Position numbers and translations under genes: made by a program. Below, piece after piece: positions 1-12,005 of a stretch of 64,000 nucleotides of DNA. The notes beneath the pieces were generated by a model. That model ran no database searches, was not told the DNA's origin, and was given only the letters and a program-made list of their open reading frames with translations. Numbering within the stretch: the stretch's first letter is position 1; each line of letters begins with the position of its first letter. Origin of the DNA: Candidatus Sulfobium sp. (lineage in GTDB: Bacteria; Nitrospirota; Thermodesulfovibrionia; Thermodesulfovibrionales; UBA6898); NCBI GenBank assembly GCA_037380845.1, contig JARRRI010000015.1, positions 1-64,000 on the forward strand. The letters run 5' to 3'.

Positions 1-285
1 CAGACTTCCAAGACCGTGCCTTCTCTCGGCGGCGGACAGAGTCCCGGGAGTAATGTAGATAGGCAGGCCGTACTTTCTATGGTAGACCCCCGCATATAGT
101 ACGTGGTCGGCATGATCATGGGATATAATGAGGGCATCGACCTGCCGTATATCGTATCCCCGGGAGGAGAGCCTTCGTTCCGCCTCGGCACCGCAGATGC
201 CCGCGTCAAAGAGCAGTCTCACACCCCCGGCCTCAACGAATATGCAGTTGCCGTTGCTCCCCGACTGGAGTGAGACGGCTGCCAT
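1..285 (-). CDS. MBL-fold metallo-hydrolase (YycJ/PhnP-like), 3' end outside window
   Basis: Not in ORF track. Manual translation from ATG 285: MAAVSLQSGSNGNCIFVEAGGVRLLFDAG...IISHDHADH, with HxHxDH motif and SGSxGN start. Alternative in-frame ATG at 315. Confidence 0.85.
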   Translation of the reverse strand, partial: MAAVSLQSGSNGNCIFVEAGGVRLLFDAGICGAEAERRLSSRGYDIRQVDALIISHDHADHVLYAGVYHRKYGLPIYITPGTLSAAERRHGLGSL

Positions 286-556
286 CGAGCCGTCACTGAC
301 GGAGCCCCTCCCCATCGGAGCAATGGCTTGAGATGCTCCTTGACGTCCTCTTATTCCTTCCGGCCCGTCAGAGGTTTCATGGTCTGAAATGCTCACCCGG
401 GTAGTATACCACCTGTGACTCTTCACCTGTGCTCCAACTTGAAGCCCCCGCCGCCTCGCTTGACTTGAAAGCTGTATCGTGAGATTCTTGACCTATGGAA
501 CGCACTATTCAGATATTGCCGGCCTCAGATGATATAAAAGAAGCGGGAGGATAAAA

Positions 557-1036
557 ATGAAAAAAATGCTTATCGCCATCGACGGTTCCAGCAACGCCAT
601 GAAGGCGGTGGAGTATGTCGGCAGGCAGTTTTCCGGAATAAACGACCTGTTTCTGACCATCCTTCACGTACTGCCATACCCCCCTGCCCCGTTGTGGGAC
701 GATGGACATATACCTACGGAAGAAGAAAGTGAGATAAGGGCAAAGTATCTCGAGAGGTGGTTGAAGAACGAAAAAGCCAAGCTCGGACCCGTCTTTGACA
801 AAGCGGTACAGATATTGACGGGAGAGAATATAAGACCCGGAAACATAGTTACTAAATCGATCTCCGATTCCATAGACGTGGCCGGGAGCATCCTGGAGGA
901 AGCCAGGGATGGCGGCTACGACACGCTCGTACTCGGCAGACGAGGCCTGTCGCCCGCAAGGCACTTCCTGATGGGAAGCGTAACCAGCAAGATCATCAAC
1001 CATGGCGCGGGAATAGCGATCTGCGTCGTCGAGTAA
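557..1036 (+). CDS. Universal stress protein (UspA family)
   Basis: MKKMLIAIDGS start, GRRGLS...MGSVT ATP-binding motif, GGAGG RBS. Confidence 0.9.
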   Translation: MKKMLIAIDGSSNAMKAVEYVGRQFSGINDLFLTILHVLPYPPAPLWDDGHIPTEEESEIRAKYLERWLKNEKAKLGPVFDKAVQILTGENIRPGNIVTKSISDSIDVAGSILEEARDGGYDTLVLGRRGLSPARHFLMGSVTSKIINHGAGIAICVVE

Positions 1037-1063
1037 CTCATCGACCACGTCGGCTGCCGTACG

Positions 1064-2476
1064 TCATCCCGTCATTTTCTCAAAATGCCCGAAGAGAACC
1101 GGATCGAAGTGCTCCGCCTCAGTCTCCCGCATTATGTCTATCGCTTCTTCCCTGCCAAGAGCTCTCCGATAGGGCCTATCGGTCGTCAGAGCGTCAAAAC
1201 AGTCGGCTATCGCTATTATCCGCGACACAAACGGGATTTCTTCGCCTTTCAAACCCGAAGGATAGCCCGAGCCGTCGTATTTCTCATGATGGTGCCGGAT
1301 CCACAGGGAAATACTCTTCAGCCGCGGTATATGCCGGATCATTCTCGCTCCGATCACCGGGTGCTCTCTGATCATGACCATTTCTTCATCGTCCAGCTTG
1401 CCGCGTTTGTGCAAAATACTTTCAGGCGTGCCTATCTTGCCGATATCATGCAAGAGGGCAGCGAGTCTGAGCCAGTTCATCATATCGGCAGAAAATCCGG
1501 CCTCCTTAGCGATACCAACAGCCGTTTCAGCCACCCTCCTGGAGTGCCCGTAAGTGTAAGGGTCCTTGGCATCTATTGCAAAGGAGAAAGCCTCGGCAGC
1601 ACCGAAAAGCATGCCGCGCAGGTCATCAAAGAGAAAGGCTTTCTTAATGGAAACAGCACAGGCCGACGCCATGCCGGATATGAGTTTTATATCCGTAGAA
1701 TAAAATTCTTTCCCGTCGAGTTTGTCGCTGGCAATAAGGGCCCCTATCATGGCGTCCTCAACAATAAGAGGAACTACGAGAAGGCTCTTGACAGGATAAG
1801 GGAACCCCTCAAAACGTTCGTCCATGCTCACGTCGAAGATGGTAACAGGCTCTTTCTTTTCGCGCACATATCCGAGCAGGCCTCTGTCCGCAGTCAGCGT
1901 CATCATTGAGGCCATACCCGAGTATGCGCCCAGGGACACCTTGGGGAAAAGGATTGCCTTTTCCGGCGGCGGGACCGCTCCCCCCGCACTGCGCGGTTCC
2001 ACTGGAAGCAATCGGTCGGAAGGCATCTCACCCAGCAGGAATATCGAAACGGCGTTCACCGGACAGAGCTTCATCATCTCATCGGCGAGAACGGTGCAGA
2101 TGGTATCCACATCCAGGCCGGTCCCTAATCTCGTCGAGATGCTCCACAACAGGGCGAGTTCCTCGTAGTTCCTTGCCACTTCCCCGGAGAGACTCTCGAT
2201 ATCGTATGCCATTTCGATGATGCCGGAAAGGTTTTCAGCTATGAAGCCCAGCGCCTGTCCCCCGTTCTCCCGGCATGCGGCAACATAACCGACCACGGAC
2301 TCCCTGAGAAGGAGCGGTTTTTCGGCCAAATCAATATGTGGCACGTCGTCGCGAACACCCGTTATTACTTTCTTCTCCCTGTCCAGAAGAAAAAGGTCGG
2401 CTTTCAGACCTTCGGCGTACTGGGAGACAAGTTTCCTCAACGCCTCGATCCCTATCAATTCAGAAATTCTTGACAC
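1064..2476 (-). CDS. GAF + HD-GYP c-di-GMP phosphodiesterase
   Basis: GAF segment (SLLVVPLIVEDAMIGAL), DAKDPYTYGHS, HDIGK, HHEKYDGSGYP. Confidence 0.9.
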   Translation of the reverse strand: MSRISELIGIEALRKLVSQYAEGLKADLFLLDREKKVITGVRDDVPHIDLAEKPLLLRESVVGYVAACRENGGQALGFIAENLSGIIEMAYDIESLSGEVARNYEELALLWSISTRLGTGLDVDTICTVLADEMMKLCPVNAVSIFLLGEMPSDRLLPVEPRSAGGAVPPPEKAILFPKVSLGAYSGMASMMTLTADRGLLGYVREKKEPVTIFDVSMDERFEGFPYPVKSLLVVPLIVEDAMIGALIASDKLDGKEFYSTDIKLISGMASACAVSIKKAFLFDDLRGMLFGAAEAFSFAIDAKDPYTYGHSRRVAETAVGIAKEAGFSADMMNWLRLAALLHDIGKIGTPESILHKRGKLDDEEMVMIREHPVIGARMIRHIPRLKSISLWIRHHHEKYDGSGYPSGLKGEEIPFVSRIIAIADCFDALTTDRPYRRALGREEAIDIMRETEAEHFDPVLFGHFEKMTG

Positions 2477-4210
2477 CGGGCACCCTCACCTCCAGGCATT
2501 TGCACAGTTCCTCCAGCCCCCGCCCGTAGCGCGCCGCACCGAGCCCCACTCCTCTTATTCCGCCTATCGGAACGTTCAGAGTCAGTATTACCGGCACACC
2601 GGCAAAGGAGGAATGTTTTCTGATATCGGAGATCGTCCTGTAAATCTCCTCTTTGGGACAGGGTCCGACAATGACCCCGTCAGGCAGGGGACCTGTCTGT
2701 ACGCCGCGCGCATCAGGGACTACAATTGTATCATAGCCTTTCGTACCGATCAGGGTCTGAAGGTTCCTCGCGTCCTCCGGATTATATGACACAATAAAAA
2801 TCCTGCCCGTCTTTCTCAGAGCGGCCTCCTCGAGCGCGGTATTCAGCTGAAAGCTGTCGAAGGGCTTCGAAATGTAGGCTCGTCCACGTAATCGGCATTG
2901 TCGGGATAACCTATAATAATCGCATCCGGTCTGGATGCCTTGACGACTTCAGCGGCCATTCGGCTGTCTGCGCCCATCGTCTTGTAACCGGCTTTTTCAA
3001 GTGCCAGCCTCATGATATGTCGCATGGTCACCGAATCCTCCAGGACAAGAACATGTCTGCCCGAGACGTATTCAAAATACCGGGCCTCTTCAGCCGAGTC
3101 CTCTACTCCCAGCTTCGGCAGCTTGAAGAAGAAGGTGCTCCCCCTGCCTATTTCACTATCCACCGATATGCTGCCCCCGTGTGCCTCGACGATCTTCTTG
3201 CAGATGCTAAGACCCAGCCCCGACCCCTTCGGCCGTCCGTGCAATTCGTCCCCTATGCGGTAGAATTCCTCAAATATTTTTTCCCTCTCTTCAGGATAAA
3301 TCCCTTCGCCCGTGTCCGTCACGAATATTTTCTCCTCGTGGGGCAGGTCCTCAACCCCGACGGTTATACTGCCGCGCGGAGTAAATTTAACGGCGTTACT
3401 GATGAGATTCAACAAAACCTGCAACAGCCTGTTCTTGTCCCCTTTTACCGGCGAAAGCCTGTCCGGAACCTGCTTTTCGATCACAATGTCGCTGCTTTCA
3501 GCGAGGGGTTGCATCATCCTGATTGCGGAATCGATAATCTCACTGGTATTGACATAGTCCATGTGCCATTCCACCTTCCCGGCCTCCATCCTGACAACAT
3601 CGAGTATTTCGTTGGTAAGCCGGGCAAGCCTCTCGCTCTCCTCGTTGATTATGCTCAGGAACTCTTTCCTGGTCTCCATGTCTATGTCGTCGTAAGTAAG
3701 CAATATCTCTGAAAAGGAACGGATGGAGGACAGAGGCGCCCTCAGTTCATGGGAAACGCCCGAAATGAAATGCGTCTTGTTCCTGTCGGCGGCGAGCAGC
3801 CGCTCATAGCTTTCAGAGATCGAATCCATCTTTGCCTGCTGGTTCATGACCTTCAGATTTAGAGAGTTCGTCAGCCCATGAAAGATATCCGTGGTCTTCT
3901 GGAGTGAATCCCGCTCCTTCTGAAGATAGTCCGAGAGCTTGCCGCAGACTACGGCGGTCAGCAGGAACGACACCACGTTCACAGCCACAAAATAAGAGGG
4001 ATACTGTCCGTGTCCCGGCAATGGCAGGAGCGCATAAAGCATAATGAACGTGAGGGCTGCCTGCAGCACCGCCTCGGCATTCAGCCCCGGTATAAGCAGT
4101 ACCATGAGCGGATAGTAAAGGAGTCTGAAATAGCTCTCCACTCCCCCCGTAAAATACAGGGCCGGGATCAGGCAAAGCAGTCCGAAAAATGGATAGATCT
4201 TTTTGTTCAT
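2460..4210 (-). pseudogene. Membrane hybrid histidine kinase, split by a frameshifting deletion in its receiver-like domain near 2879 (kinase core 2843..4210 intact)
   Basis: TM helices, H-box SHELRAPL, N-box NLISNAVKFT, G-boxes DTGEGI and GSGLGL. After ...DYVDE the end-of-receiver motif AYISKPFDS continues in another frame into ORF 2460..2792. Confidence 0.75.
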
Positions 4211-4578
4211 CAATGAAAAGCCCCAAGCAGCGCCCTGACTTTTGAAACTATTTCTCTCGGACTGAACGGCTTCGTTATGAACTCGTCGGCCCCTTCCCTG
4301 AACCCCTGCTCTCTGTCGATTTCCTGCCCCTTGCCGGTCAGGATGATGACGTAAATCTCTTTCAGCTCCACGTCTTCCTTGATCGACCTGCACGTGCTGA
4401 AACCGTTCATCTTCGGCATCATGATGTCCAGGAACACGATCTTCGGCCTCGTATTCCGGGCCTTGAACATGGCTTCCTCGCCGTTTGAGGCAACTTCAAC
4501 GGCAAAACCCTCCCGTCTCAGCACGAATGTGAGCGAACGCTGGACATAAGGATCGTCATCCACTACCAGGACATCCAT
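4210..4578 (-). CDS. Single-domain response regulator (CheY-like receiver)
   Basis: VLVVDDD, FLDIMMP, LTG, TKPF. Confidence 0.92.
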   Translation of the reverse strand: MDVLVVDDDPYVQRSLTFVLRREGFAVEVASNGEEAMFKARNTRPKIVFLDIMMPKMNGFSTCRSIKEDVELKEIYVIILTGKGQEIDREQGFREGADEFITKPFSPREIVSKVRALLGAFH

Positions 4579-4585
4579 AGCTTAT

Positions 4586-4614
4586 TTCTTAGCACATAAG
4601 GAAAACCGCGTCAA
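4586..4614 (-). promoter_or_regulatory. sigma70-like promoter, probably leaderless transcript
   Basis: TTGACG-17nt-TAAGAA with TG extension, 7 nt before ATG 4578; no SD. Confidence 0.5.
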
Positions 4615-4774
4615 CTTTTCCTTACAGCTGCAAAAACATCAGGTAATCACGAAGGGCGCCGAAAAATGTCCTGCGGCGCCGTCCCGCAGTCCTATGAAAC
4701 GCCCAGGGCGTCATTACAATACTTTTTCCCCTGTCCCTTTCCGTATTTCCTGCAACGTGGGGGGTTTTCAAAGG

Positions 4775-4942
4775 TCAGTCCTGTTCCTTCTCCCTTATAA
4801 AGGCCACCATTCCGACCGGAAGCACGATCCATCCCGATTCCGATTCCAGGTATACGTCTTCTTCACCGACCTCGACAAGCTTGCCCGTATACATCATATC
4901 CGCTGTATGGACCTCGACGACCTTGCCGACAAGTTCTCTCAT
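4775..4942 (-). CDS. Small 55-aa beta-rich hypothetical protein (Sm-like/YuzF-like pattern)
   Basis: Below ORF-track cutoff. GGAGGTGG RBS; MRELVGKVVEVHTADMMYTGKLVEVGEEDVYLESESGWIVLPVGMVAFIREKEQD; co-oriented downstream of der. Confidence 0.75.
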   Translation of the reverse strand: MRELVGKVVEVHTADMMYTGKLVEVGEEDVYLESESGWIVLPVGMVAFIREKEQD

Positions 4943-5005
4943 CTTCCACCTCCGGCATGAGGTGCGGCATGGATCAACCGCACTCCAGCAAAGAATCCTC
5001 AGAGC

Positions 5006-6328
5006 TCAGGAAACTTTTTCTCTCTTTCTCGCCCTCACATAGATGCGCAGCGGGGTCCCCTCAAAGCCGAAATATTCCCTGAGTTCCCGTTCAATGAATC
5101 TCAGGTGATGCTCCCTGACCTCTTCCGGATAATTCGTGAAGACGACGAAAGCGGGCGGCTCTCCTTTAACTTGTGTCATGTAATATATTTTGACTTTTCT
5201 CCCCTTATGAAGCGGCAGTGACAAGTTCGCCGAAATACGGCTGAAAACCCTGTTCAGCTCGCCAGTCAATATTCTCTTCTTCCTTTCCAGGACTATCCTG
5301 TCGATGACAGGAAAAACCTTGGTAATCCTCTTTCTGGCAAGGCCCGACACAGTCAGAACGGGCGCGTACTGGGTAAACCACATCCTCCTTTTCAACTCCG
5401 CCTTCATGGCCTTAACCGATTCGTCCGGGTCACCTACCAGGTCCCACTTGTTCAGGAGAAAGACTGCGCCCTTCCCGTATTCCTTCACTATCCCGGCTAT
5501 CTTGACGTCCTGTTCCGTTATCCCCCCTGCCGCATCGATAACGATGAGGGCTACATCGCAGCGCTCTATGCTCCTTACCGCCCTTACCATGGCGAACCTC
5601 TCCAGGGAGTATCCTATCTTCCCCCTTCTCCGTATCCCGGCCGTATCGATCAAAAGATACTTTCTGGTGTAATATGTGCAATAGCTGTCGATCGAATCAC
5701 GCGTCGTTCCGGGAGCGGAGCCGACGACCATCCTCTTTTTCCCGAGCAGGGCATTGACAAGGGTAGATTTACCCGAATTGGGCCTGCCCACCACCGCCAC
5801 CTTCGGGCACTCGACGGTTTCCTTTCCGTATTCCGGAAGCAACGAATCCAGCCTCTCCATGAACTCTCCATAACCATAGCCGGTAGCGGCAGACAACGGT
5901 CGCAGTTCGTCCGAACCGATGGCATAGAAATCGTAGAGCCTGTCTTCCCTGACGGGGGCGTCTATCTTGTTCACCGCCCATAACACGGGTTTTCCCGAAG
6001 TACGGAGCAGTCTGGCAAGCTCCATGTCTGCCGGAAGAAGTCCCTCCTTCCCGTCCAGGAGATGGATGATGATGTCTCCCTCTTCTACGGCGAAAATAGC
6101 CTGTTCCCTGGCCTGTTCGAACAGGTCTTCGGTGGGGCCGGTATAAAATCCGCCTGTGTCGACAACCATGAACGTTTTGTCGTCCCAGACAGCGTCAAGG
6201 TAATTCCTGTCCCTTGTAACACCCGGTATGTTCTCCACTATCGCGGAATGAGTCCCTGTCATTCTGTTGAACAGGGTCGACTTGCCCACATTCGGCCTGC
6301 CCACGATCACCACCACAGGTTTTGCCAT
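5006..6328 (-). CDS. der: Ribosome biogenesis GTPase Der (EngA)
   Basis: Two tandem G domains (GRPNVGKST, GRPNSGKST), DTGG/DTAG, KH-like C-terminus ending FGFEGTP. Confidence 0.97.
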   Translation of the reverse strand: MAKPVVVIVGRPNVGKSTLFNRMTGTHSAIVENIPGVTRDRNYLDAVWDDKTFMVVDTGGFYTGPTEDLFEQAREQAIFAVEEGDIIIHLLDGKEGLLPADMELARLLRTSGKPVLWAVNKIDAPVREDRLYDFYAIGSDELRPLSAATGYGYGEFMERLDSLLPEYGKETVECPKVAVVGRPNSGKSTLVNALLGKKRMVVGSAPGTTRDSIDSYCTYYTRKYLLIDTAGIRRRGKIGYSLERFAMVRAVRSIERCDVALIVIDAAGGITEQDVKIAGIVKEYGKGAVFLLNKWDLVGDPDESVKAMKAELKRRMWFTQYAPVLTVSGLARKRITKVFPVIDRIVLERKKRILTGELNRVFSRISANLSLPLHKGRKVKIYYMTQVKGEPPAFVVFTNYPEEVREHHLRFIERELREYFGFEGTPLRIYVRARKREKVS

Positions 6329-6379
6329 AAGACTATTCTACTATAAACCCCGACATCGCACGATAATCCGTAAAATATT

Positions 6380-7287
6380 TTGCATTTTCTTCAGGCCTCC
6401 GTTCCTGTTTGGCAGGCGGACAGCCGTTTGGTGCTGTTTTTTTATCTCTTCAGCCGGGGGAGGCCGGTTATCGTTCCGGCTGCCGGGAAAAGGCCGAACG
6501 AGCAGGAAACTACCGGAATAGGGGTCCCCCTGGAGGTAAAAGGGCATGTTATCGGAGCCCTGATTCTGGAAAGTGGTCCGGCCCGCCGCCCCTTTGAGCA
6601 GGAAGAACTGGAAGCGCTCACAACACTTTCGAACCAGGCCACGGTGGCCATAGAAAACGCATGGCTTTATGAAAGTGTGAAGAACAATTACTTTGCGACG
6701 ATTCAGTCTCTGGTAAATGCCCTCGAGGCGAGCGACAGATTCACAAGGGGTCATTCCGAAAGAGTCAGACTGCTGTCCGTCGGACTGGGAAAACACCTGG
6801 GTCTGGATTTCAGGGAACTGGAGCTCCTGGAGCACGCTGCCATTCTGCATGATATAGGCAAGATAGGGATTGACAACTTCGTCCTCCAGAAACAGGGAAA
6901 ACTGACATCCAGGGAATACGGTCTGGTAAAAACTCACCCCCTCATAGGAGATGAAATACTGGGGCCGATTGAAAATCTTGAAGCCGTGAGGAAGACGATC
7001 ATTCAGCACCATGAAAGATATGACGGCACAGGGTATCCTTATGGACTCAGGGGAAATGAGATATCGCTGAAATCCAGGGTCCTGTCCGTAGTCGGCACTT
7101 TCGACGCCATGATGACCGACAGGCCCTATCGGAGGGCACTGGACCTAAATCAAGTGAAAGAAGAATTGAAGGCCAACGCCGGCACCAGTTCGACCTGGAG
7201 ATTGTGCAGGCATTCATAGAGGTGCTGGAAACCGACCCCGACCAAATCCTGTCCGAAGCCGGTTACAACGCTCTGTTGTCGATTTAG
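6380..7287 (+). pseudogene. GAF-HD-GYP phosphodiesterase remnant (no good start, partial GAF, 1-nt frameshift near 7185)
   Basis: HDIGK and HHERYDGTGYP present. GGCACCAGTTCGAC lacks one C of GTQFD; restoring it gives GTQFDLEIVQAFIEVL... to TAG 7285-7287. Confidence 0.75.
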
Positions 7288-7306
7288 GGGGAGCCAGGTA
7301 CAAAAT

Positions 7307-10300
7307 TCAGGCCGGCATCGGCATTTCAGCGGCGGCGGCAAGCTCGCTGAATATCTTTCCGACTTGGGCGAGCGCTTCCCGGCCGGTCCCCTTGCAGCTG
7401 ATTTCGAAGCCCTCCGGCAGGAACTTGATTCTCCCTTTTCTTCCTTTGTGGAGACCAAGTATATGAGGCGGCTGCACGGGGGTGTCGGAGAAAAAAAGCA
7501 CCCGGACCCTGTCCCCGGCCTCCTGCAACCGCTCTACGCCGAGTCCCCTCGCCGCCGTTTTCAGTTCCGCGATTTTCAGGAGATTGCCGACCTGCTCCGG
7601 CAGCGGGCCGAACCGGTCCTCAAGTTCGCTCCGGAACTCCTCCACTCCGGCGGCCGTCCTTAGGGATGCGATCCGTCTGTAGAAACTGAGTCTGAGCGTA
7701 ACGTCTTCTATATATTCTTCGGGAATAAAAGCGGATATCTGTATTTCCATTACCGGCTCCCGATCCTCCTTCACTTCTTCGCCCTTGAGTTCGGCGACCG
7801 CCTTTTCGAGCATCTCGATATAGAGATCAAACCCTATTTCATGTATATGTCCCGACTGCTCGGCTCCGAATATTTCGCCGGCGCCCCTTATCTCCATATC
7901 TTTGAGCGCCAGCCTGAAGCCCGCGCCGAGGTAGCTCATCTCCTGCACCGCCTGCAGCCTTTTTCTTGCCTGCTCCGTCAGCAGCGACTCCGGAGGCGCG
8001 AGGAAAAAAGCATACCCCTTCCTGTTGCTTCTACCCACGCGTCCCCTCAGCTGGTAGAGGTCGGCCAGACCCATCCTGTCGGCCCTGTCTATGATGATGG
8101 TGTTGGCGCGCGGTATGTCAAGGCCTGAACCAACTATGGCGGTCGAAACCAGAATACCGACCTCCCCCTCAAAAAATCTGTGCATGACCTTTTCCAGGGC
8201 CCTTTCGGGCATCCTGCCGTGGGCTACTCCGACTTCGGCGGAAGGGACGAGATGCTTGACATGGTCGGCAACCCTGTGGATGTCATTCACCCTGTTGTGG
8301 ACAAAGAAGACCTGCCCGTCCCGCTGAAGCTCGTTCACTGCGGCATCCTTGATGAGGGAATCACCGGACACGGCGACCACGCTCCTGACGGCAAGTCTTT
8401 CTTCCGGCGGGGTCTCTATGACGCTGATATTTCTGATCCCGGAAAGGGCCATGTGAAGGGTCCGCGGGATCGGTGTCGCCGTCAACGTAAGAACGTCTAT
8501 GTTCTTTTTAATCTCGGTAATCCGCTCCTTCTGTCCCACGCCGAACCTGTGCTCTTCATCGATGATGAGCAGTCCGAGATTGCTGAAGGACAGTCTGCCC
8601 GAAAGGAGAGCATGAGTTCCTATTACTATGTCGATTTCGCCTCCGGCGACCCCCTTCAGGACCCGCTTGATCTCCTCCGCCGACTTGAACCTGCTTATAA
8701 AATCTATGCTTATCGGGAAACCGGAAAACCGCTCTCTGAAAGTCCTGTAATGCTGCTCTGCAAGAATAGTTGTGGGAACGAGAACCGCAACCTGCCTGTT
8801 GTCGTACACCGCCTTGAAGGCTGCCCGCATAGCCACTTCCGTCTTGCCGTATCCCACATCGCCGCAGAGCAGCCGCTCCATCGGCGTGTCCGACTCCATG
8901 TCCCTCTTTATGTCGGATATCGCCTTCAGCTGGTCGGCCGTCTCCTCGTAAGCGAAGAAACTGTCGAACTCCCTGTGGAGTTCGGTATCGGGACTAAAAG
9001 AGAACCCCCGGGCCGCTTTCCTGCCCGCATAGAGTGAAAGGAGCCGGGCCGCCAGTTCCCGCACCTTCTTTCTTACCTTCTCCTTCTTCCTCTGCCAGGT
9101 CTTGCCTCCCAGTCTGTCCGTCCTGGGAACAATACCCTCTTCGGAGCGGTATTTTGAAAGGATCCTGATGTTCTGGACCGGTATATAGAGTCTACCGTTT
9201 TCGTACTCGATCAGCATAAGCTCGAGTTCGGTGCCGTCGCTCTCCTTCTTCTTGTCCACCCCGGCAAACCTGCCCACCCCGTGGTCCCTGTGCACGACAA
9301 AATCGCCGGGAGTTATATCATCGAGTGAAACCAGAAGATTAGCAACCTTCGATTTTCTGATGGCCCGGAAAGACGGCCGCTCTCCGAACATCTCCCTTGC
9401 GGTCAGAACCAGCAGGCCCTCCATGAAAAGTCCCGACGAAAGCTCGGAGGCCGTGAGGGAAATCGGCCCGGGAAATTCCGCAAGATCTCCGGTCCCTACA
9501 ACGGGAACTATGACGTCTTTTTCCCGAAAGAGGTCTCTGATTCTCTCGGCCTGCCCTGAAGAAGAGGCGATGATCATCACTCTGTGGCGTCTGTCGAGTC
9601 TGCCAATCACTTCCGGAAGCCCCGCGACCCCTTCCCTCTCTTCCGGAAGGATGCCGTGGCCCCGTATGGGATACATCGGGGCTTTGACACCTGTCGCTTC
9701 CCCTTCCTCGCCAGGACCGGGGCCTTCAAAAGAATACCTGGAAAGCAGGACCGTGTTGCCCGGGAACTCTTCCTTTTCAACCTCGGGATAAAGTGAGTAA
9801 AAAGTTCTGTCCCCGGCAAGCGATTGCCACCCTCCCGTCTCTACCGGTTCGGCGGACGGAAAAAGCAGATATTCTTCAATATGTCGCCTCGATCTCTGTG
9901 TTCCCACATCAAAGACCTTTACCTCCTCTATCCGGTCTCCGAAAAACTCTATTCTCAGGGGGTCTTCCGCCGTGGAAGGATAAACGTCGAAGACCCATTC
10001 CCTCCTGCTGAATTCTCCCTTTTCGACGACCATCGGCACTTTCGAATAACCCAGGCCAACGAGTGCTTCCTCAAGTACGGACCTCGACAACTCTGCTCCC
10101 GCCCCGATCTTGATGAGACCCGCTTCAAGGGACCCTTTATCCCAGCCGACCTGCAGGCCCCTGAACGACGTCACCAGCGAGTCGGACTCCGTCATAGAAT
10201 AAATCATATGCGCCCTTCTCCCTGAGGCATCGGGACCGTTGGATTCCGGAAGGAAGATGACCTCTCTGCCGGAAAAAACCTTCCGGAAGAAATTTATGTC

Positions 10301-10465
10301 CTTGCTGAGCAATTCTGCCGCGGTCTCGTCCTTCTCCACGGCAACGAAAGGCCGGTCTCTGAGGGCAAGAAAGAGCGCTGCGGACGAACCCGTCAGGTTG
10401 AAGATACGGGAGCCTTCACAGCCCGGATCGGGGAAGGCGTTTTTCAGGAGAGAAAAGAGTTCCAT
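7307..10465 (-). CDS. mfd: Transcription-repair coupling factor
   Basis: CarD-like [42 protein letters not shown]-terminus. Confidence 0.97.
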   Translation of the reverse strand: MELFSLLKNAFPDPGCEGSRIFNLTGSSAALFLALRDRPFVAVEKDETAAELLSKDINFFRKVFSGREVIFLPESNGPDASGRRAHMIYSMTESDSLVTSFRGLQVGWDKGSLEAGLIKIGAGAELSRSVLEEALVGLGYSKVPMVVEKGEFSRREWVFDVYPSTAEDPLRIEFFGDRIEEVKVFDVGTQRSRRHIEEYLLFPSAEPVETGGWQSLAGDRTFYSLYPEVEKEEFPGNTVLLSRYSFEGPGPGEEGEATGVKAPMYPIRGHGILPEEREGVAGLPEVIGRLDRRHRVMIIASSSGQAERIRDLFREKDVIVPVVGTGDLAEFPGPISLTASELSSGLFMEGLLVLTAREMFGERPSFRAIRKSKVANLLVSLDDITPGDFVVHRDHGVGRFAGVDKKKESDGTELELMLIEYENGRLYIPVQNIRILSKYRSEEGIVPRTDRLGGKTWQRKKEKVRKKVRELAARLLSLYAGRKAARGFSFSPDTELHREFDSFFAYEETADQLKAISDIKRDMESDTPMERLLCGDVGYGKTEVAMRAAFKAVYDNRQVAVLVPTTILAEQHYRTFRERFSGFPISIDFISRFKSAEEIKRVLKGVAGGEIDIVIGTHALLSGRLSFSNLGLLIIDEEHRFGVGQKERITEIKKNIDVLTLTATPIPRTLHMALSGIRNISVIETPPEERLAVRSVVAVSGDSLIKDAAVNELQRDGQVFFVHNRVNDIHRVADHVKHLVPSAEVGVAHGRMPERALEKVMHRFFEGEVGILVSTAIVGSGLDIPRANTIIIDRADRMGLADLYQLRGRVGRSNRKGYAFFLAPPESLLTEQARKRLQAVQEMSYLGAGFRLALKDMEIRGAGEIFGAEQSGHIHEIGFDLYIEMLEKAVAELKGEEVKEDREPVMEIQISAFIPEEYIEDVTLRLSFYRRIASLRTAAGVEEFRSELEDRFGPLPEQVGNLLKIAELKTAARGLGVERLQEAGDRVRVLFFSDTPVQPPHILGLHKGRKGRIKFLPEGFEISCKGTGREALAQVGKIFSELAAAAEMPMPA

Positions 10466-10479
10466 GGCTGACGTTGAAC

Positions 10480-10941
10480 CTATGAAGACAGGCGGTGTAT
10501 CTTTTCGATTATGTCCGTTGTGGAAGCACCCCTGACATAAGGGAGACTATAAGTTTCATCCACGACGTCATGACCGACAATGTCCTCCTTCCTCCAGTCG
10601 CCTCCCTTAACGAGGACGTCGGGACGCAGCGTCTTTATCAAACGGTAAGGAGTGCTCTCACTGAAAATTGTCACATAGTCGACCATCGAAAGGGCTGCCA
10701 GCACTTCAGCCCGGTCCTTATCCGGATTGATCGGTCTGCCGGGCTTGATCCTTCGCACGGAACTGTCGGAGTTGACACCGACTACAAGGACATCGCCGAG
10801 TTTCCTCGCCCGCCTCAGGTATCGCACGTGCCCCTTGTGCAATATGTCGAAGCAGCCGTTGGTAAAGACTATTCTCATGCCCGAAACCTTCAGGGACCTG
10901 CATATCTTTCTGAGATTATTTCTGTCCTGAATTTTCTTCAT
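10480..10941 (-). CDS. rfaE2: D-glycero-beta-D-manno-heptose 1-phosphate adenylyltransferase
   Basis: [27 protein letters not shown]. Confidence 0.92.
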   Translation of the reverse strand: MKKIQDRNNLRKICRSLKVSGMRIVFTNGCFDILHKGHVRYLRRARKLGDVLVVGVNSDSSVRRIKPGRPINPDKDRAEVLAALSMVDYVTIFSESTPYRLIKTLRPDVLVKGGDWRKEDIVGHDVVDETYSLPYVRGASTTDIIEKIHRLSS

Positions 10942-10960
10942 GTCAGCTTGTTCGCCCGTG

Positions 10961-11407
10961 TCAGATCCGGTCTGTCTCTCTCAGCTTCGACTCCGCCCGT
11001 TCAAGGATGGACCTGTCTCCCTTGAAGCTGATTTTCTCAAGGGCCTCTCCAATGGGAAACCATTGTGAGTCGTCGACCTCGAGATCATGCTGGCCGGTAT
11101 TGCCGCTCACATATTCCAGGAGAAAAAAATGGACCGTCTTTCTGCATTTTACATTTTCTCCTTTTATGTAATACCAATAGGTAATGTCACCCAGGCCGTC
11201 CACAATCTTTCCCGTCAGTCCGGTTTCCTCCCGGACTTCCCTGACCGCAGTCACCTCGGGCGTCTCTCCCTTGTCGATCAGGCCCTTGGGCAGGCACCAC
11301 ACTTTGCCGCCCTTAACCGACACAAGGACTACTTCCGCTCTCCCCTCTCTGCGTCGGAATATGACACCGCCCGAAGACGTCTGCCGTCTCAGAGACGCCG
11401 GTTTCAT
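10961..11407 (-). CDS. NUDIX hydrolase (Ap4A-hydrolase-like)
   Basis: Nudix box [25 protein letters not shown]; start trimmed to MKPAS. Confidence 0.9.
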   Translation of the reverse strand: MKPASLRRQTSSGGVIFRRREGRAEVVLVSVKGGKVWCLPKGLIDKGETPEVTAVREVREETGLTGKIVDGLGDITYWYYIKGENVKCRKTVHFFLLEYVSGNTGQHDLEVDDSQWFPIGEALEKISFKGDRSILERAESKLRETDRI

Positions 11408-11600
11408 ATGTACCGTCCGCCAGCCGACACCGGATGGGCCGCCGGGATGAAGAAGCTGCAGACAGGGCAAGCCAGCTCTTTCCTGAAGTAATTGTGCGCC
11501 GGGTCTGCACTTATTTGGAAGATAAACAGAATCATGTCGTCATTACGGGACTCTCCGGCCGTCCCTTCCGGGCTCTCCGATTATTTTGGTAATTGCAGGT

Positions 11601-12005
11601 TCACATAAAGCGGGCCGCCACCGCTTCCACGACATCTTTTCTCAGCCTGACCGGCTTCATATCGCTTCCCACGCACCCGAGCTTCACGGTCGCCTTTACA
11701 AGGTCCTCACCGGTCTGCTCCCTCCGCGCGGTATGACTGAAAATTATGGAAGCAGGTCCGGCCCGGTCAACCGAGGTGCCCACGGCGAGAATGTCGCCGT
11801 ATCTGCCGGGCGCCACATACCTGAGCGCAGCTTCCGAAACCACAAAGTAGAACCCTTCTTCCATGAGGGCTTTCAGGCTGACTCCCCGCGACTCCAGAAA
11901 CTCCGTCCGGGCGCGCTCGAAGTACCTGAGATAATTGGCATAATAGACGACCCCGCCACAGTCCGTGTCCTCATAGTAAATCTTCACCAGGATCGTATGG
12001 GTCAT
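11601..12005 (-). CDS. YbgC/FadM-family acyl-CoA thioesterase
   Basis: YYEDTDCGGVVYYANYLRYFERAR. Confidence 0.9.
   Translation of the reverse strand: MTHTILVKIYYEDTDCGGVVYYANYLRYFERARTEFLESRGVSLKALMEEGFYFVVSEAALRYVAPGRYGDILAVGTSVDRAGPASIIFSHTARREQTGEDLVKATVKLGCVGSDMKPVRLRKDVVEAVAARFM

Noticed and set aside
4694..4960. 88-aa plus-strand ORF in the track
   Set aside because: Antisense to the better-supported 55-aa ORF that has a strong RBS
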